A stretch of 63,199 nucleotides of DNA, filler included, from Globobulimina sp. (GCA_003354225.1; 19 parts of 19 records of this genome joined end to end with filler, not necessarily neighbours in it), one strand, 5' to 3'. Positions 21,282 through 33,704 are shown, counted from the whole stretch's first letter. Notes: generated by a model from the sequence alone, not told the origin. A program made the numbers and translations.

Positions 21282-22305
21282 TTACTTTTTCAATGGTTCC
21301 TCTTCTTCCACTTTACAATCATCATCAACTGCAGTAGTAACAGCCAATTCTGTTTCAATGTGCTGAGTTTCAAAGATTAAATCAAACACTTTCCGTCTTG
21401 TTGCAGTATTTATAAAAGTTGTATTGCAGTCTTTTATGAATGATATCCCATTGGTTCCATGAACGTGGCCAAATATATGCATAATTGGTTGTATTCTATC
21501 CACACAGTTAAACAACAAGGAATCACTTCCAATATGTCCAGCGGTCTCACGGTCCCTTACACCATATGGCGGATGATGTGATATTAAAATATCAGTGCTT
21601 GAAGGAATAGAATCAAATCGTTTCTGTAGTTCTTTGGTTGATTTCCCAAATGCTTCCGCATGAAAAAAACAACCTCTTTTCGGGTGCCATGGTGTTCCAT
21701 ATATTGATAACCCAAATAATTCTAATACAATGATTATGTATTATATATTACATAAATCCATCAATAAATTGGAGCTCTATAATAATATATATATATATAT
21801 ATATATATATCACACCTATGACATCATCCTGTAAATATATTGCATTACATTTTTCTTTGAATAGTTTAACTGTTTGAGATTTAGTTTTATCGTTCATTTC
21901 AACTTCGTGATTGCCTGCAATTACTATTTTATATTTATATTGTTTTAAAGTAGCAATCCATTCAATGACAGTTTGGATATTTGACTTTGTGCTTCTCCAA
22001 TTTGTTAAATCGCCCGCAATGATTAAAAGATCTGCTTCTGGCATGGAATAATTTTCATGGTACATATGAGTGTCTGATAATGTTACAATTCGAATGCGTG
22101 ATTTTTCAATTTTTTTATTTTTTGATGAGAAATATGATTTGGGTATATGTAGTTGATTGATTTCAACTGTATTATCAAATGAAGTTGGAATGATACGTAA
22201 TGTGTCTAATAATGGTAATGTTTCATTTGATATTGGAACTGTGCAACCACAACAACACCAACCAAAAGTGCTCAAACTAAATGTCCAACAGAAACAACGC
22301 GGCAT
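21282..22305 (-). CDS. Calcineurin-like metallophosphoesterase (MPPED1/2-like); intron 21815-21722
   Basis: SDTH, AGD, AGNHE, IYGTPW, SHHPP, FGHVHG. The phase-1 GT-AG intron contains an (AT)n run and restores the frame. Confidence 0.88.
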
Positions 22306-22946
22306 TATGCTAGGATTAAAACCAGGTTAATGATGAAAATCCCACGAGCTAAAATCCTCAAACGATATATCACATTGGATAACCCCCACCTCCTTTGTAT
22401 ACCGAAAATCCAATTATAAATTTCTTCTGGCTTTGTGCTGGGTTTGCAAACCAGGTCAAAGTTATAACAAACATATAGCAAAAAATGACCGTCATTTATT
22501 GTAACTTATTAAATCAAACTTAAGAGCCAAATAAGAGGGTACAAGACCCTGGAACCCTTGGGAAAACACTCTGCAACTGCCAGTGCAAAGATAAAAATAA
22601 AAAACTGAAAGTAAGTACTAACTCAAAAACTTCAAAATTGAATGGCTGTTATCTTTGCCAAAAATAAGCAGGCAAATTCATATTGCTAATTCCTTTCATG
22701 TATGTTAGTGAAGTACTTTATCTAAAAATATGAAGAAGTTTAAAGGAACTTTTTTTCTTTTTTTTTCTTTTTTCCAAATAAATCCAACTAGTTCCATATT
22801 AAGTAAACAAAACCCATGGGAAGCTCAAAAAATTCGCTTTTCCCCAAGGGAATAAACACATTTAAATATATATTATAAATAAGACAAAAGCAAAATATGA
22901 TCACAAATGACCATAACAATTCACCAAACAAATAAAAAATCATTGT

Positions 22947-23235
22947 TTATAAACACATTGAAGCCAACAATGCACCACAACATTTATCACATTTACCAAA
23001 ATATTTATCATATGTGCTGGCACCACACGTGAACAATAAATAAACACAACAAGACGTAGTCACACAGTCGACACTAAATACATTCATAGGCACTGACAAT
23101 GTTAAACAATTTTGCACCAAAACATAATCAAATGCTGACCACCAAAATGCCACTAAACACGCTGACACTGAGATAAGGAGCACCAAAATAAGGTTTTTCA
23201 CTGTTATATTCATAAAAAATTGCAGTTCACTTCTT
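22947..23235 (-). CDS. C-terminal fragment of a multi-pass (7TM-like) membrane protein
   Basis: Two hydrophobic helices, then YDKYFGKCDKCC. Runs off the contig. Confidence 0.5.
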
Positions 23236-23335
23236 NNNNNNNNNNNNNNNNNNNNNNNNNNNNNNNNNNNNNNNNNNNNTTAATTAATTAANNNNNNNNN
23301 NNNNNNNNNNNNNNNNNNNNNNNNNNNNNNNNNNN

Positions 23336-26163
23336 CTCTCTGGCAATTATTCGAATTTTGCCATTCACACAAGATTTATAAAAAACAATCTCACTTTGAC
23401 TTGCACGAATTTTCCAACATGGCACATTGGACACATCTTTACCAAAACGATATAATTTTGTAAAATGTATGGAAACTATCAATGTCTCGTCTTCATGGCC
23501 GGTGTCTACGCTTTGTTCCTCTAAGCTGACAATTGCGGAAAATGTATTCTTTAAACCATTATCCTCTTTTCCTTTTTCTTTTTCTTCTTCTTCTTCTTCC
23601 TCTTGTTCCTGTGCTTGTGCTTGCGGCTCATTATCATTATTATCATTATTAAAATTCCAATTAATATCACCAAATGAACTGTTATTATTGTTGTTGTTGT
23701 TATTGTTGTTATTGTTGTTATCGGTAATTGTATCTGTCTCATTTTGTTGGAATGCATTTGTCCATTCATTACTGATAAAACTTATTGGTGTCTCCGTTGA
23801 AAAGGTTTCATGTTTTGTGTCGTCTTTAAGATGAAAAGAAAATGGTTTGTCTGTATTGGTGCTATTATTGCTATCATTCAGCTTTCCGTTTATAGACTGA
23901 TTAAATATTTGCATGAATTGTTTTGCTGCGGTTTGATTTTGAGCGAAATTTACTTTCCAATCGCCACGCATAGGGTTCTCTTTATCCATTGTATAGTCCG
24001 CACCAAACCATTCAATGCAATGATCAGACACCGCATCGCCACTCTCTTTATTATTATTATCATTATCCTTATCCTTATCCTTGTCATCCACACTAAATCT
24101 GCATAATTTCTCTCCATTAATATATTGCAATAATCTGGTTTTGCTATGTTTTTCATCGGTAAATATCATCCGCAAATCTTTATTCTTGTCGTTCCAATAA
24201 AGAGCTAATTGTCCCTTACCTCTTCCTCTCCATTTATGCTGCTCTCCGTCCCATCGCCAGGCGCGGACCGGACGATGCTTAAACTCCAATTTATCAGAAA
24301 CACTGTCCACTGTCTCGCTAATCATTGCGCAAATTTCCAACTCTTCCACTTCCAGTTCTTGCTCTTCTTCTTCCTCTTCCTCTTCTTGGTGTTGGTGTTG
24401 GTGTTGGTGTTGCTCTTCTTGTCGAGGTGGTGGCTCGTGAGGTGTCTGTGCTTGTCGATGTTGTTCCTTTTCCTCTTTTTCATTTTCATTTTCATTTTCA
24501 TTTGAATGTTCTAAATGTGGTATGCCACTATGTGACAATGGCTGTGGTTGTGACTGTGGTTGTGGCTGTGGCTGTGGTTGTGTTTGCGGATAGGAATTAA
24601 ATGATGGCTGATTTATTACTCTTGCTTGATATGATGGCGATTGTTGCGGTGACTGATCAATAATAACTGTGGTCGCACTTACATTTGCATTTGCATTTGG
24701 AAACTGATTGTATGGCGAAAATGGATGATTCATATTCATATTATTATTAATATTATTTTCAATATTTTGTTGTTGTAACAATTGTTGATTAAATTGTGAA
24801 TGTTGTTGTTGTTGCGGCTGTTGTGGTTGTGGGGGATGTGCTTGATTTGGATTTGAGTGTTGCAATAATTGAAGAATTTGATGGATTGAATTGTTATTTT
24901 TTTGAGAGTGTTGATGTTGTATTTGATGCTGTAATTTGCTGATTTGTGCATTTAATTGAGATATTTCCGCATTTTTATTAATAATATCTGTTTGTAAATG
25001 ATTAATAATTTTCTCTTTTTTAATGGAAACATTTTTAAGTTCATTCCTTAAATCGTGAAATTGTGATAAACTTTTTTCATTGCTCATTGCGGTTTGTTTT
25101 GCATTTTCTTGCAATGAAAATATTATTTTACTTTTTTCTGTGTCCTGTTTTTGTAAATGAATGGTAAATGCACATTTTTTATTTTTTAATTTTCCAATTT
25201 CATTTTCTTGTTTGGTTAATTTTGATTCAGTTTCAAGTAAAATAGCACCTAAAACGCCATTATATTGCGATCGTTTGGTTGCTTTTTTAATAAAACTAGT
25301 TTTCAGAGTAATGTATAAATTGAAATAATCGTTATCATCATCGACACAGTTATAACTTCGTAAGTCGTCCGCTGAAAATAATAATCTTTGCTTAATAAAT
25401 AATGGATCACAATCACTATTATTATTATTATTATGCGCATCATATGAAATTTCATCAACTTCCTGACTCCATTTTGTATCAAATCTGCTCACATCATCAT
25501 TATTATTATTATCATCATTATCATTATCATTGTCATTGTCATTATGAGCATGGGATAATTTTTCATCATCTTTTTTAATCATTAATGAGGCAGATACGGT
25601 ATAATTTAATTTATAATTTGCGGGCAATTTATCATCTTTGGTGTTTTTAATGGGGAAGACAGACAAAGCAAATTCATTACCATTTTCGCCTTGATTTGGA
25701 TGGATATAAATATTCCATAATAAGCCACCACATACAATTCGTCGATTGTTGCCAGTTTTCAATTTGATATAATGTGTATCACTCCATAACTCTAAATCTG
25801 GATTCTCAAAACAATCTGGTTTACCACAAGCCACCGGAATTGAAAATGTATGATTCCATACATTTCTCTGTTTATTTATTTATTTATTTATAGTGCAAGG
25901 ATCGGGGATAATGTAATGGATATTAATGGATTAACTGATGGTATTTTTTTTGTTTTTTTAGCAATTTGTGATTTCGGATATAACATTGAAGATCCACCAT
26001 TAAATGAACTATTAATGGCTAGTTGTGATTTCATGAATGAATTACTGCCACGAAACGGTGATGAACCAACACCAACACCGCAGGCACCACCACTACCACT
26101 ACCACCACCACCATAACGTGAATTAGGTTGGGTTGTAAATGGAATATTTTGGTTATGTGACAT
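23336..26163 (-). CDS. Ran-binding-domain protein (MATH-like domain, coiled coil, polyQ/N, at least 2 RanBD), 3'-truncated; intron 25935-25868
   Basis: RanBD1 WRGRGKGQLALY..RMIF..WFGADY; RanBD2 FSAIVSL..VDTGHEDE..KLYRF..WK. A phase-0 intron GTTAAT...AAACAG joins ORF 26163 to ORF 25834. Confidence 0.75.
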
Positions 26164-26280
26164 GAGATAAGATTGGGTTAAAGTTAAACGAAGTAGACAA
26201 ATTAAAAAAACTAAAAAAGTTGTTACTTATAAATTACAATATTTTAAATAAGTAGTTTTGTAATTTGTAGATTTGTAGAT

Positions 26281-26567
26281 TTACATAAGACCACCGTCAC
26301 GTAACGATTGTTTAATTAAAATGTCTTTGACAGATTCAAAAACATGAGCAATATTTCCAGGATCAGTGGCGCAGGTAACATGAGTATAAATTTCTTTTTC
26401 TGGACAACGATTTCTTGATTCAAATTTTTCTCTGAAATATTCACAACCAGAATCATAATCATTTTGAGGTCCACAATAATCATCAAAACATTGTGATAGT
26501 GAGACTTTTTGGATTTTCTCCATGAATAAATCTCTTTTGTTTAAGAATAATATGATTGAGGTCTCGG
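26281..26567 (-). CDS. Canonical heterotrimeric G-protein alpha subunit, C-terminal fragment
   Basis: SIILFLNKRDLFMEK...IYTHVTCATD...SLRDGGLM. Confidence 0.93.
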
Positions 26568-26667
26568 NNNNNNNNNNNNNNNNNNNNNNNNNNNNNNNNN
26601 NNNNNNNNNNNTTAATTAATTAANNNNNNNNNNNNNNNNNNNNNNNNNNNNNNNNNNNNNNNNNNNN

Positions 26668-27509
26668 TCATAATTCATATGTTGAATTATGTATTGATAT
26701 TTTCAGATTTCGGCACCCAAATCTTGAAAATATCACTGATATTTTGGTCTGATATTTTGTCATTTAGGCGACAATCGGAGATATCAAATATGGCGGCCAA
26801 TGGCTGTGATTCTTTTGATTTGGTTGTAAATGCATTGCACGACAAAGAATTATTTAAACCAATCATGAATACCTTAAAATGTGCCAAGTTTACGATACGT
26901 CGCGAGGCCGCGTGGGTTATTTTCAATGTGGTCTCCAATTGTGACAGCATTAAAAAGTTAGAAAAAGTTACTGATAAAGCATCGACAATCATTGTTTTAT
27001 TGTTTCGGCTGTTTCGCTGTAAAAACGAATGGGATTTGGATTCGCAGAAAAAATTTGGATGTGCAGTGTTGGAAACAATTGAGAATTTATTAAAATTAGG
27101 CGAAAAATATAATAATTATGGAATTTTGTACAATGCGTTAAAATGTCAAGGATTGGAGATATTGGAAGGTATACAACAGGAAAAGAAAGAAAATAATAAA
27201 TTATTCTTGCAAAAAGTGAATGATGTAATTAAATTGTTAAAATATCAAGAAAATAATGAATTATTATTGGTGAAATGTTGCAATGATAGATGCAATCTGA
27301 CAAAATATGTGAATGGTTATGAAACGTCGTCGGTTCAGGATGGTGAGTGTTCGTCGGCGTCATCTGTATCAGAATCTGGTTATTCACGTGTTAAAATCAG
27401 ACGATTTTATCGATGTAAAAAATGTAATTCTGCCGTTTATTGTTCTAAACGATGCCAGAAACGGCATTGGAAAAATGGACATAAATCTGGTTGCAGAACA
27501 TTGTCATAA
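26668..27509 (+). CDS. ARM/importin-alpha-like repeat protein with a C-terminal MYND zinc finger, 5'-truncated
   Basis: IRREAAWVIFNV, LETIENLLKLGE; CKKCNSAVYCSKRCQKRHWKNGHKSGC. Confidence 0.8.
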
Positions 27510-27545
27510 TATAATTATAATAAAGCTTGTGTTTTTTTCTCCAAT

Positions 27546-28703
27546 TTGTTTGTTGGTTTATCTTACTTTAAATCATATATTTTTTATTCCACTGAAAGTA
27601 ATGTTATGAAGGGGGAATGTGTATATTTTTTCCAGCCAGAATTTTTATATTACACCATATCTTCCAATGAGATGATGTTCACCAAATTAGACGATTTGTC
27701 ACTAAAAGTGGATGATTACATTCCAAAACCATCATATCATCCCACAAAGAAGGATGCCGTGCTTTTATCCACTGCCAATTATGACTATGAATTTGATTCC
27801 GGAATATATGAATTTGATCTCAACACAAATAAATTAAATAAAATATATAAATACCAACAAACATTTAAAATAGAATTTCATGAACAATTTATTGATGCTG
27901 AAAATGAGATATTATATATATTTGGTGGTGGCGAGTCGGCTGCATTTGATTTAAACACTTTTGTTATGGATATAAATGAAGAAAGTGAACTGTGTCATTG
28001 TGAGGATTTGCCAAAAGCAGCGTATATACCATCACCAATCAATCAATGTCATATCTTATCAAATAATTCAACACATTACAAAATGGAAATGAATGATAAA
28101 AATATTAATACAATGATAAATTATCAATTTGAAAATGAAAATATTACATATCCAAAGTTGTCGTATGTTCCATTTAAAAAACAGTTGTTTAGTTTTGGCG
28201 GAGATAAAAGTGACAAAATTTGGTCTTGTGATATTAAGCAAATATCAAATCAAATTGAATATGAATGGAAATTACATGATTTAAAAATGCCACATATTGT
28301 TGAGGATGAAGGGAATTATGACACTTTATTGTGTTTTGAGAATATTATATTTATTTTTTATTTTGAAGAAGATGGCTATTCAGATATTTGGTGTTTTGAT
28401 TTATTGAATGAAAAATTAATTCAAACAAAATTTAATGTGCCAAAATTTAATTTAATGTTCTATGAATTTGGTTGTTATGCAATGAAAGATAGTGATAATA
28501 ATGGACATATTGTTAACTTTCTCACTGGCGAACATTATAAATTTTGTTTAAACGATTTAATACCAAGAGATGTGATGAAATTACATAAAAAACATTATGA
28601 ACCATTAATTATTGGTTATGTCAAAGAACAAGAAAATAATCTTGATAACATTCCATATGTATTGAAACAATTGATATTACATTATTTCCCATTGTTTTGT
28701 TAA
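27546..28703 (+). CDS. Kelch-like beta-propeller protein with C-terminal LIIGY...IP..L motif (true ATG probably 27606 or later)
   Basis: LYIFGGG, LFSFGGD, DIWC repeats; ends LIIGYVKEQENNLDNIPYVLKQLILHYFP. Confidence 0.7.
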   Translation: MFVGLSYFKSYIFYSTESNVMKGECVYFFQPEFLYYTISSNEMMFTKLDDLSLKVDDYIPKPSYHPTKKDAVLLSTANYDYEFDSGIYEFDLNTNKLNKIYKYQQTFKIEFHEQFIDAENEILYIFGGGESAAFDLNTFVMDINEESELCHCEDLPKAAYIPSPINQCHILSNNSTHYKMEMNDKNINTMINYQFENENITYPKLSYVPFKKQLFSFGGDKSDKIWSCDIKQISNQIEYEWKLHDLKMPHIVEDEGNYDTLLCFENIIFIFYFEEDGYSDIWCFDLLNEKLIQTKFNVPKFNLMFYEFGCYAMKDSDNNGHIVNFLTGEHYKFCLNDLIPRDVMKLHKKHYEPLIIGYVKEQENNLDNIPYVLKQLILHYFPLFC

Positions 28704-28810
28704 TCCGTGCAAGGACAGCAAGCTCTTTCTATCCGGACCTCATAATTTATGACACGTAAAAAAGTGCGATATTTAAATATATTTCACACACTACAACACA
28801 CAAATTATTG

Positions 28811-29680
28811 TTACAAACCAGCTTCAAATATTCTTTTTTCTTGATCCATTTTTCTTTGATGACGAATAATTTTACTTTTCTCAACCTTTAAACTCTTATT
28901 CAACGCATATTTCTGTGGAGCACTCAAAGAAGGCTCCTTCAATGAAGCCTCAATTTCCGTGATTTTGCCTTGAATCTCATACATTGGGTTATAACATTCT
29001 TGATTTTTATGTTGTTTATTTATTTTGTTTGTATTTGCACGGATCAAATGTTTTCTTTTTTTCTTTAATAATTTTAATTTATTCGACATTCGCATATTGT
29101 TGGGTTTATTCTCCTGCTGCATAGTCACACCACTTACTTGCATCGATGGTGCTGGATCGCTTGGATAATAATCTATGGATTTGTTCTTATATTTGCGTGC
29201 ATATAACGCCATTTCGTCTTCCTCAGTCAGTTTGTTTTCTGTTATAATATGTGTCAAAAGAAAGAGGATTTGCCTCAAAATTATAGTTATTACAGCATGA
29301 CCAAACTTGGTTTCATAAATTGCATTTGTAAATTTGAGGGTTTATTTTGTTGGATGGCCATCCGATCGACTCTGTGAACACACAACATTTGAAATATTAA
29401 TTGGATGACTAAACAAAATATGTATATTATACCCATCCAATAATGAAGAAAATGTAGTAATGCCGCCCATTGCAGCACAGCCCATTCCGGTGCCCATTGC
29501 CAAATTATCGACACGTTTACCTGCTTTTTGTCTTTCCACTCTCTGTGTGTAGTATTTAGTATTTATGTATACATTTGGTGATAATTTGTATAACTTAAAC
29601 GGTTTCGAATAATGTGTGATGAGAAGAAAAGGGTGAACCACACGCACAGCCAAATGATGATAGAAATCCAAAGCATGCAC
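28811..29680 (-). pseudogene. Hypothetical gene split by one in-frame TAA (29342-29344)
   Basis: ORFs 29342..29680 and 28811..29278 share a frame and are separated only by one TAA and 21 sense codons. Short candidate introns are also present. Confidence 0.4.
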
Positions 29681-30763
29681 ATGTTCCTTTTACTGGGTGT
29701 TTTTTGCAACATTTCCTTGTTGAAATGTTATGCAATTTGTATGAATGCTTGCAGTGACACTTTAGATCTTGAGATCCGCGGATTGGAATATATTCAAATA
29801 ATTTACATTTGCATTTTGATATTTTACAGTGAACATTTTTTTGTTTGTTACATGAATCATGATCACGGAATTTGTGACCACAGAAACATTTTGATGATNN
29901 NNNNNNNNNNNNNNNNNNNNNNNNNNNNNNNNNNNNNNNNNNTTAATTAATTAANNNNNNNNNNNNNNNNNNNNNNNNNNNNNNNNNNNNNNNNNNNNAA
30001 AATAAATATAAAAACAATAAAATATAATCATAAGATATGGATTGGAAAAATAAAAAAACTACACAAAGCGGTGCAGAACCTAAAAATCATAATATAATGT
30101 TTCCTTAACACAAATTATTTGATTGGTGCAGAAACTCCTGCAATATATAAAACAAAACAACATATAACAAAAAACCAAATAAAATTGTAAAAAATATATA
30201 TATCCACAGCTGCAGCAAATCAAAAACAAATATAATAAAATAAAATAAAAAATAAATTATTTTAATATCATAAATAGAAATAATTCATATCCATCCTCTC
30301 ATGGTTGCCGTTTCTTAAATAAAATAGAAAAAAAATAGAATGGAAGAAAGTAAATCATAAAAAAATAATGAGATTGGGCAAAATAATGAGATAATGAACA
30401 CCATCTATATTTCGCATAATTGTAATATATTGTTTCCTTTTTACTCAATGACACATATTCTTTTGTTTACTATCAGCCAATAATGATATTTTTTGTTCAT
30501 GTTTTTTATTTATTAAATCGTGGGGGTTTTCATCATCATTATTATCCATAGAATTGTTTACAAATTTCATTTTTAATACATGAAATAATCTTCAATTGAT
30601 ACATTCAAATTTTAGTAATGAATTTTCTATACAATGCTTGATTTTAGCAATGAATTTTCTATACAAATGATACATAATTGTGGAACCAGCTTAAGTAAGA
30701 TTTTGTTTGTTGGATAAATCCGAGTGGAGTTTTTTTTAAGTTTTTGCTTTTGTGGTTATTAAA

Positions 30764-32716
30764 ATGTTGTTTTCCTGGAACCAAAATACTTATTTATGGG
30801 TTATTAGTATATTTATTGTCGTTTTATATTACGTGATATTAGTACTTTACCATACATTTAATCTTTTTGTTAAATCATACATTGAGGATGTATGGACTGG
30901 GCAATTGATTTTTAGTGTAATTGTAGGATTTGGAATCATTATTTCATTTACACAAACAAGTATTATTATATTTACATCAGACGACAACAAGTCTGTCAGT
31001 AATAAGTCAAATCAACTTAAAACCGATGGTAATGATACGAATGATTTTAGAGCAGATATTGCAAATCAATTAATGCCGGCAATTGGGAGCATAACATATT
31101 TTCAAGTATTAAATGAATATAAATTTGACACATTAAAAGTTGATCATATGATTCTGAAACAGGATGACTTATTCGATTCAGATGATGAGGATATTGATAC
31201 AGATACAGATGATGATAATGATGCATATGATAAAGATAAAGACAATTTATTTTCTTTATCATGTTTCACAGCAAAAATTAAACAATCAAACTGGAATGTT
31301 TTATACCAAAATAAAAATACAAATACAAATGATAATGGCAATGAATATTATTTTGCATTGAAATTAAATCAAAACAACAGAATGGTAAATCAATATAAAA
31401 AGGATAAACATGTACATATTATCATTGTATGGAATGTATTACTTTTCAACAAAGATCTGGATGTTATAAATAATGTGATTGAAATATTATTATTAAACAA
31501 TACAAAATATTTCAACGTAAAAGAAGATAAATTTGGATTAATTGTTTTGAATGTTAAAGACAGAAAAAATAAAATTAATGTTATACAAACATTACAATGC
31601 ATACAAGATATTGATACAAAGAAATTAAAGAATAAAATATTAAATATCGGACAAACAACACAGAAAAACACTGATTATGATTTTATATATAAAAATTGTT
31701 CGGATTTATTTGACGAAACAGAAAAATATGAAAAAAGGATTATTATAATTGATAGCCAGCCAATGATTGAAAATAGCGATAATTTGATTGATTTATCATA
31801 TAAATATGGTGCTGAACGACATATTTTTACAACGTTTATTAATTATAATTGCTTGGTTACAGTTACAGAGAATGATAAAATGTCGAATCTTTCGAATATT
31901 TGTAATATTAAAGGATGTAATTATTATTTTATAAAATCGACACAAGAATTGTTGGATTTGTTTATTGATAGATTTAATTGTTTGGTGAAACCGTTTGCAT
32001 TTAATTTAAATGTACGTATTACAAATAAACTATATTTTATCCACGAAATATATTCGTTCGATAAAAACAAACAAAATGCACAAAATGTGCAAATGCAAAG
32101 TGGTATAATTAAAACACAAAAAAATGTATTTGACACAAAGTGGGATAATATTTTATTGATTGAAATGATAAAAATAAAGAATGAAAAACAGAAAATGGTA
32201 ATGAATGAAATGGATTTAGCAAATTTTATTGATGAAGGATTTGGTATGTTTTATAAAAGTAAAAATCGAAATGATTATTTTGATAAAAATGGCAACGGGA
32301 AATTTAAAAAATATTTGCAATCATTAATTCAAAATGAAACAAACAAAGAAAATAATATTACACTGGAAATAAGTTATAGTGATATGTTTGATAAATTGCA
32401 TAAAATGGAATTTAACATTCAATTCAAATCAAGTCGTTATTATTATCGTAATATTGATCTCAGGAAATTAGTATTATTATGCAAATATGTAAAATTATTA
32501 AAATCATGGAGCAAAACTACAAAAAATATAAACAAACAGAATAAAGTCCCTTTACATGTACCACCTAAATATAACAAGTGGATGAAAATATTTTACAATT
32601 ATTTTAAAACAGAAGCTGGAATAATTAAAGATGAAGAATTAAAAAAGGAGTGTCTTGTATTGAAGCGACTGATCAATTGCAATGTTTCTAGTCAAAAACA
32701 TTTTATTAAAAAGTAA
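30764..32716 (+). CDS. Membrane-anchored, degenerate von Willebrand factor A-domain protein
   Basis: Two N-terminal TMs. ITYFQVLNEYKFDT, DKFGLIVLN, YEKRIII, IFTTFI, IKGCNYY, LVKPFAFNL and RKLVLLCKYV follow the order seen in a vWA family of archaea and protists. MIDAS DxSxS is absent. Confidence 0.6.
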   Translation: MLFSWNQNTYLWVISIFIVVLYYVILVLYHTFNLFVKSYIEDVWTGQLIFSVIVGFGIIISFTQTSIIIFTSDDNKSVSNKSNQLKTDGNDTNDFRADIANQLMPAIGSITYFQVLNEYKFDTLKVDHMILKQDDLFDSDDEDIDTDTDDDNDAYDKDKDNLFSLSCFTAKIKQSNWNVLYQNKNTNTNDNGNEYYFALKLNQNNRMVNQYKKDKHVHIIIVWNVLLFNKDLDVINNVIEILLLNNTKYFNVKEDKFGLIVLNVKDRKNKINVIQTLQCIQDIDTKKLKNKILNIGQTTQKNTDYDFIYKNCSDLFDETEKYEKRIIIIDSQPMIENSDNLIDLSYKYGAERHIFTTFINYNCLVTVTENDKMSNLSNICNIKGCNYYFIKSTQELLDLFIDRFNCLVKPFAFNLNVRITNKLYFIHEIYSFDKNKQNAQNVQMQSGIIKTQKNVFDTKWDNILLIEMIKIKNEKQKMVMNEMDLANFIDEGFGMFYKSKNRNDYFDKNGNGKFKKYLQSLIQNETNKENNITLEISYSDMFDKLHKMEFNIQFKSSRYYYRNIDLRKLVLLCKYVKLLKSWSKTTKNINKQNKVPLHVPPKYNKWMKIFYNYFKTEAGIIKDEELKKECLVLKRLINCNVSSQKHFIKK

Positions 32717-32732
32717 TCCATAAATACAAACC

Positions 32733-33229
32733 ATGGGCTTTCCACCCTACGGAGTTTGTCCTACAAACAAATTGCATTGTATTTGTTTCAAATCAAAAGC
32801 CTTCATTCCCAGCAAGTCATCATCATGTGATAAATGTTTTATTTCCTTTCATAAAATATATTATAACAAAGAAGTGGTCAATCCACATTATTATCATTGT
32901 GCAGAATGTGACAGATCTATATGTTTCAATTGTGCCCAATCTGCTAATATTTCAGACAGACATTGGAATGTACGATGGCTTCCTTGTGTAGGTTATTACA
33001 GATTGCCTCAATTATTTGCACCAAAACAATCAGAACCAATAAACATTGATGGTCTAAAACTGTCCGATATTTTCAATAATATGAACGATAACATATTACA
33101 AAAATGTATCAAAAAAATAATTAAATTATTTGGTGGAAATAAAGCAATGTTAGATTTTATTATCAATAACGTAGCAGCACAACAATTAAAAGCAATTCGT
33201 AAAAAAGTGGCTAAATTATGTACCATTGA
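32733..33229 (+). CDS. Cys/His-rich zinc-finger-like protein, 3'-truncated
   Basis: CPTNKLHC, CDKC, YHCAECDRSICFNC. Confidence 0.55.
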
Positions 33230-33562
33230 NNNNNNNNNNNNNNNNNNNNNNNNNNNNNNNNNNNNNNNNNNNNTTAATTAATTAANNNNNNNNNNNNNNN
33301 NNNNNNNNNNNNNNNNNNNNNNNNNNNNNAATGGTCTGTTGACTATAAACCATCTCCTTTGATGTATCCGAATATCATTTATCATCCGAATGATAATAAG
33401 CAAGTATCAAATGATGATGGTCATGATACGGATTATGGCGATGGATATTTAGATTATATGGATGATATAAATAACAAACAAGATAATGATATGTATACAC
33501 CGACTGCTTTACTGCGTAGTGTAACAAAACACGAAACCGTATGATTATCTCACTGAGAGGTA

Positions 33563-33593
33563 TTCTGTGAAAACCTTTCAAGTAAAGTATAAT
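33563..33593. repeat. Dispersed motif A, TTCTGTGAAAACCTTTCAAGTAAAGTA(TAAT), copy 1
   Basis: Identical to 42128-42158 (31 bp) and 53624-53650 (27 bp) on other contigs. Confidence 0.9.
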
Positions 33594-33704
33594 AATATGT
33601 GTTTCTCGCAAATGAATTGAACAATTTTACATCAAAAGATTCCGTACATTTGTCACAAAAATGAAAGTGTAAATATAGAATTACAATTGAACGTTCTCCA
33701 ATCT

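Noticed and set aside
23427-24951. Antisense and alternate-frame ORFs over low-complexity coding DNA (also 13990-14500, 52131-53030, 61121-61528)
   Set aside because: They are shadows of real genes, produced by trinucleotide-like repeats or GC-richer codons.
26281-27509. Functional clustering of genes across spacers
   Set aside because: The contigs are ordered by length, so cross-spacer neighbourhoods are meaningless.
29342-29344. Stop-codon reassignment suggested by an in-frame TAA (another lies upstream of 22305)
   Set aside because: TAA, TAG and TGA all end conserved proteins at the expected place (DFW-TAA, GGLM-TAA, EVIFV-TGA, YR-TAG), and long genes lack internal stops.
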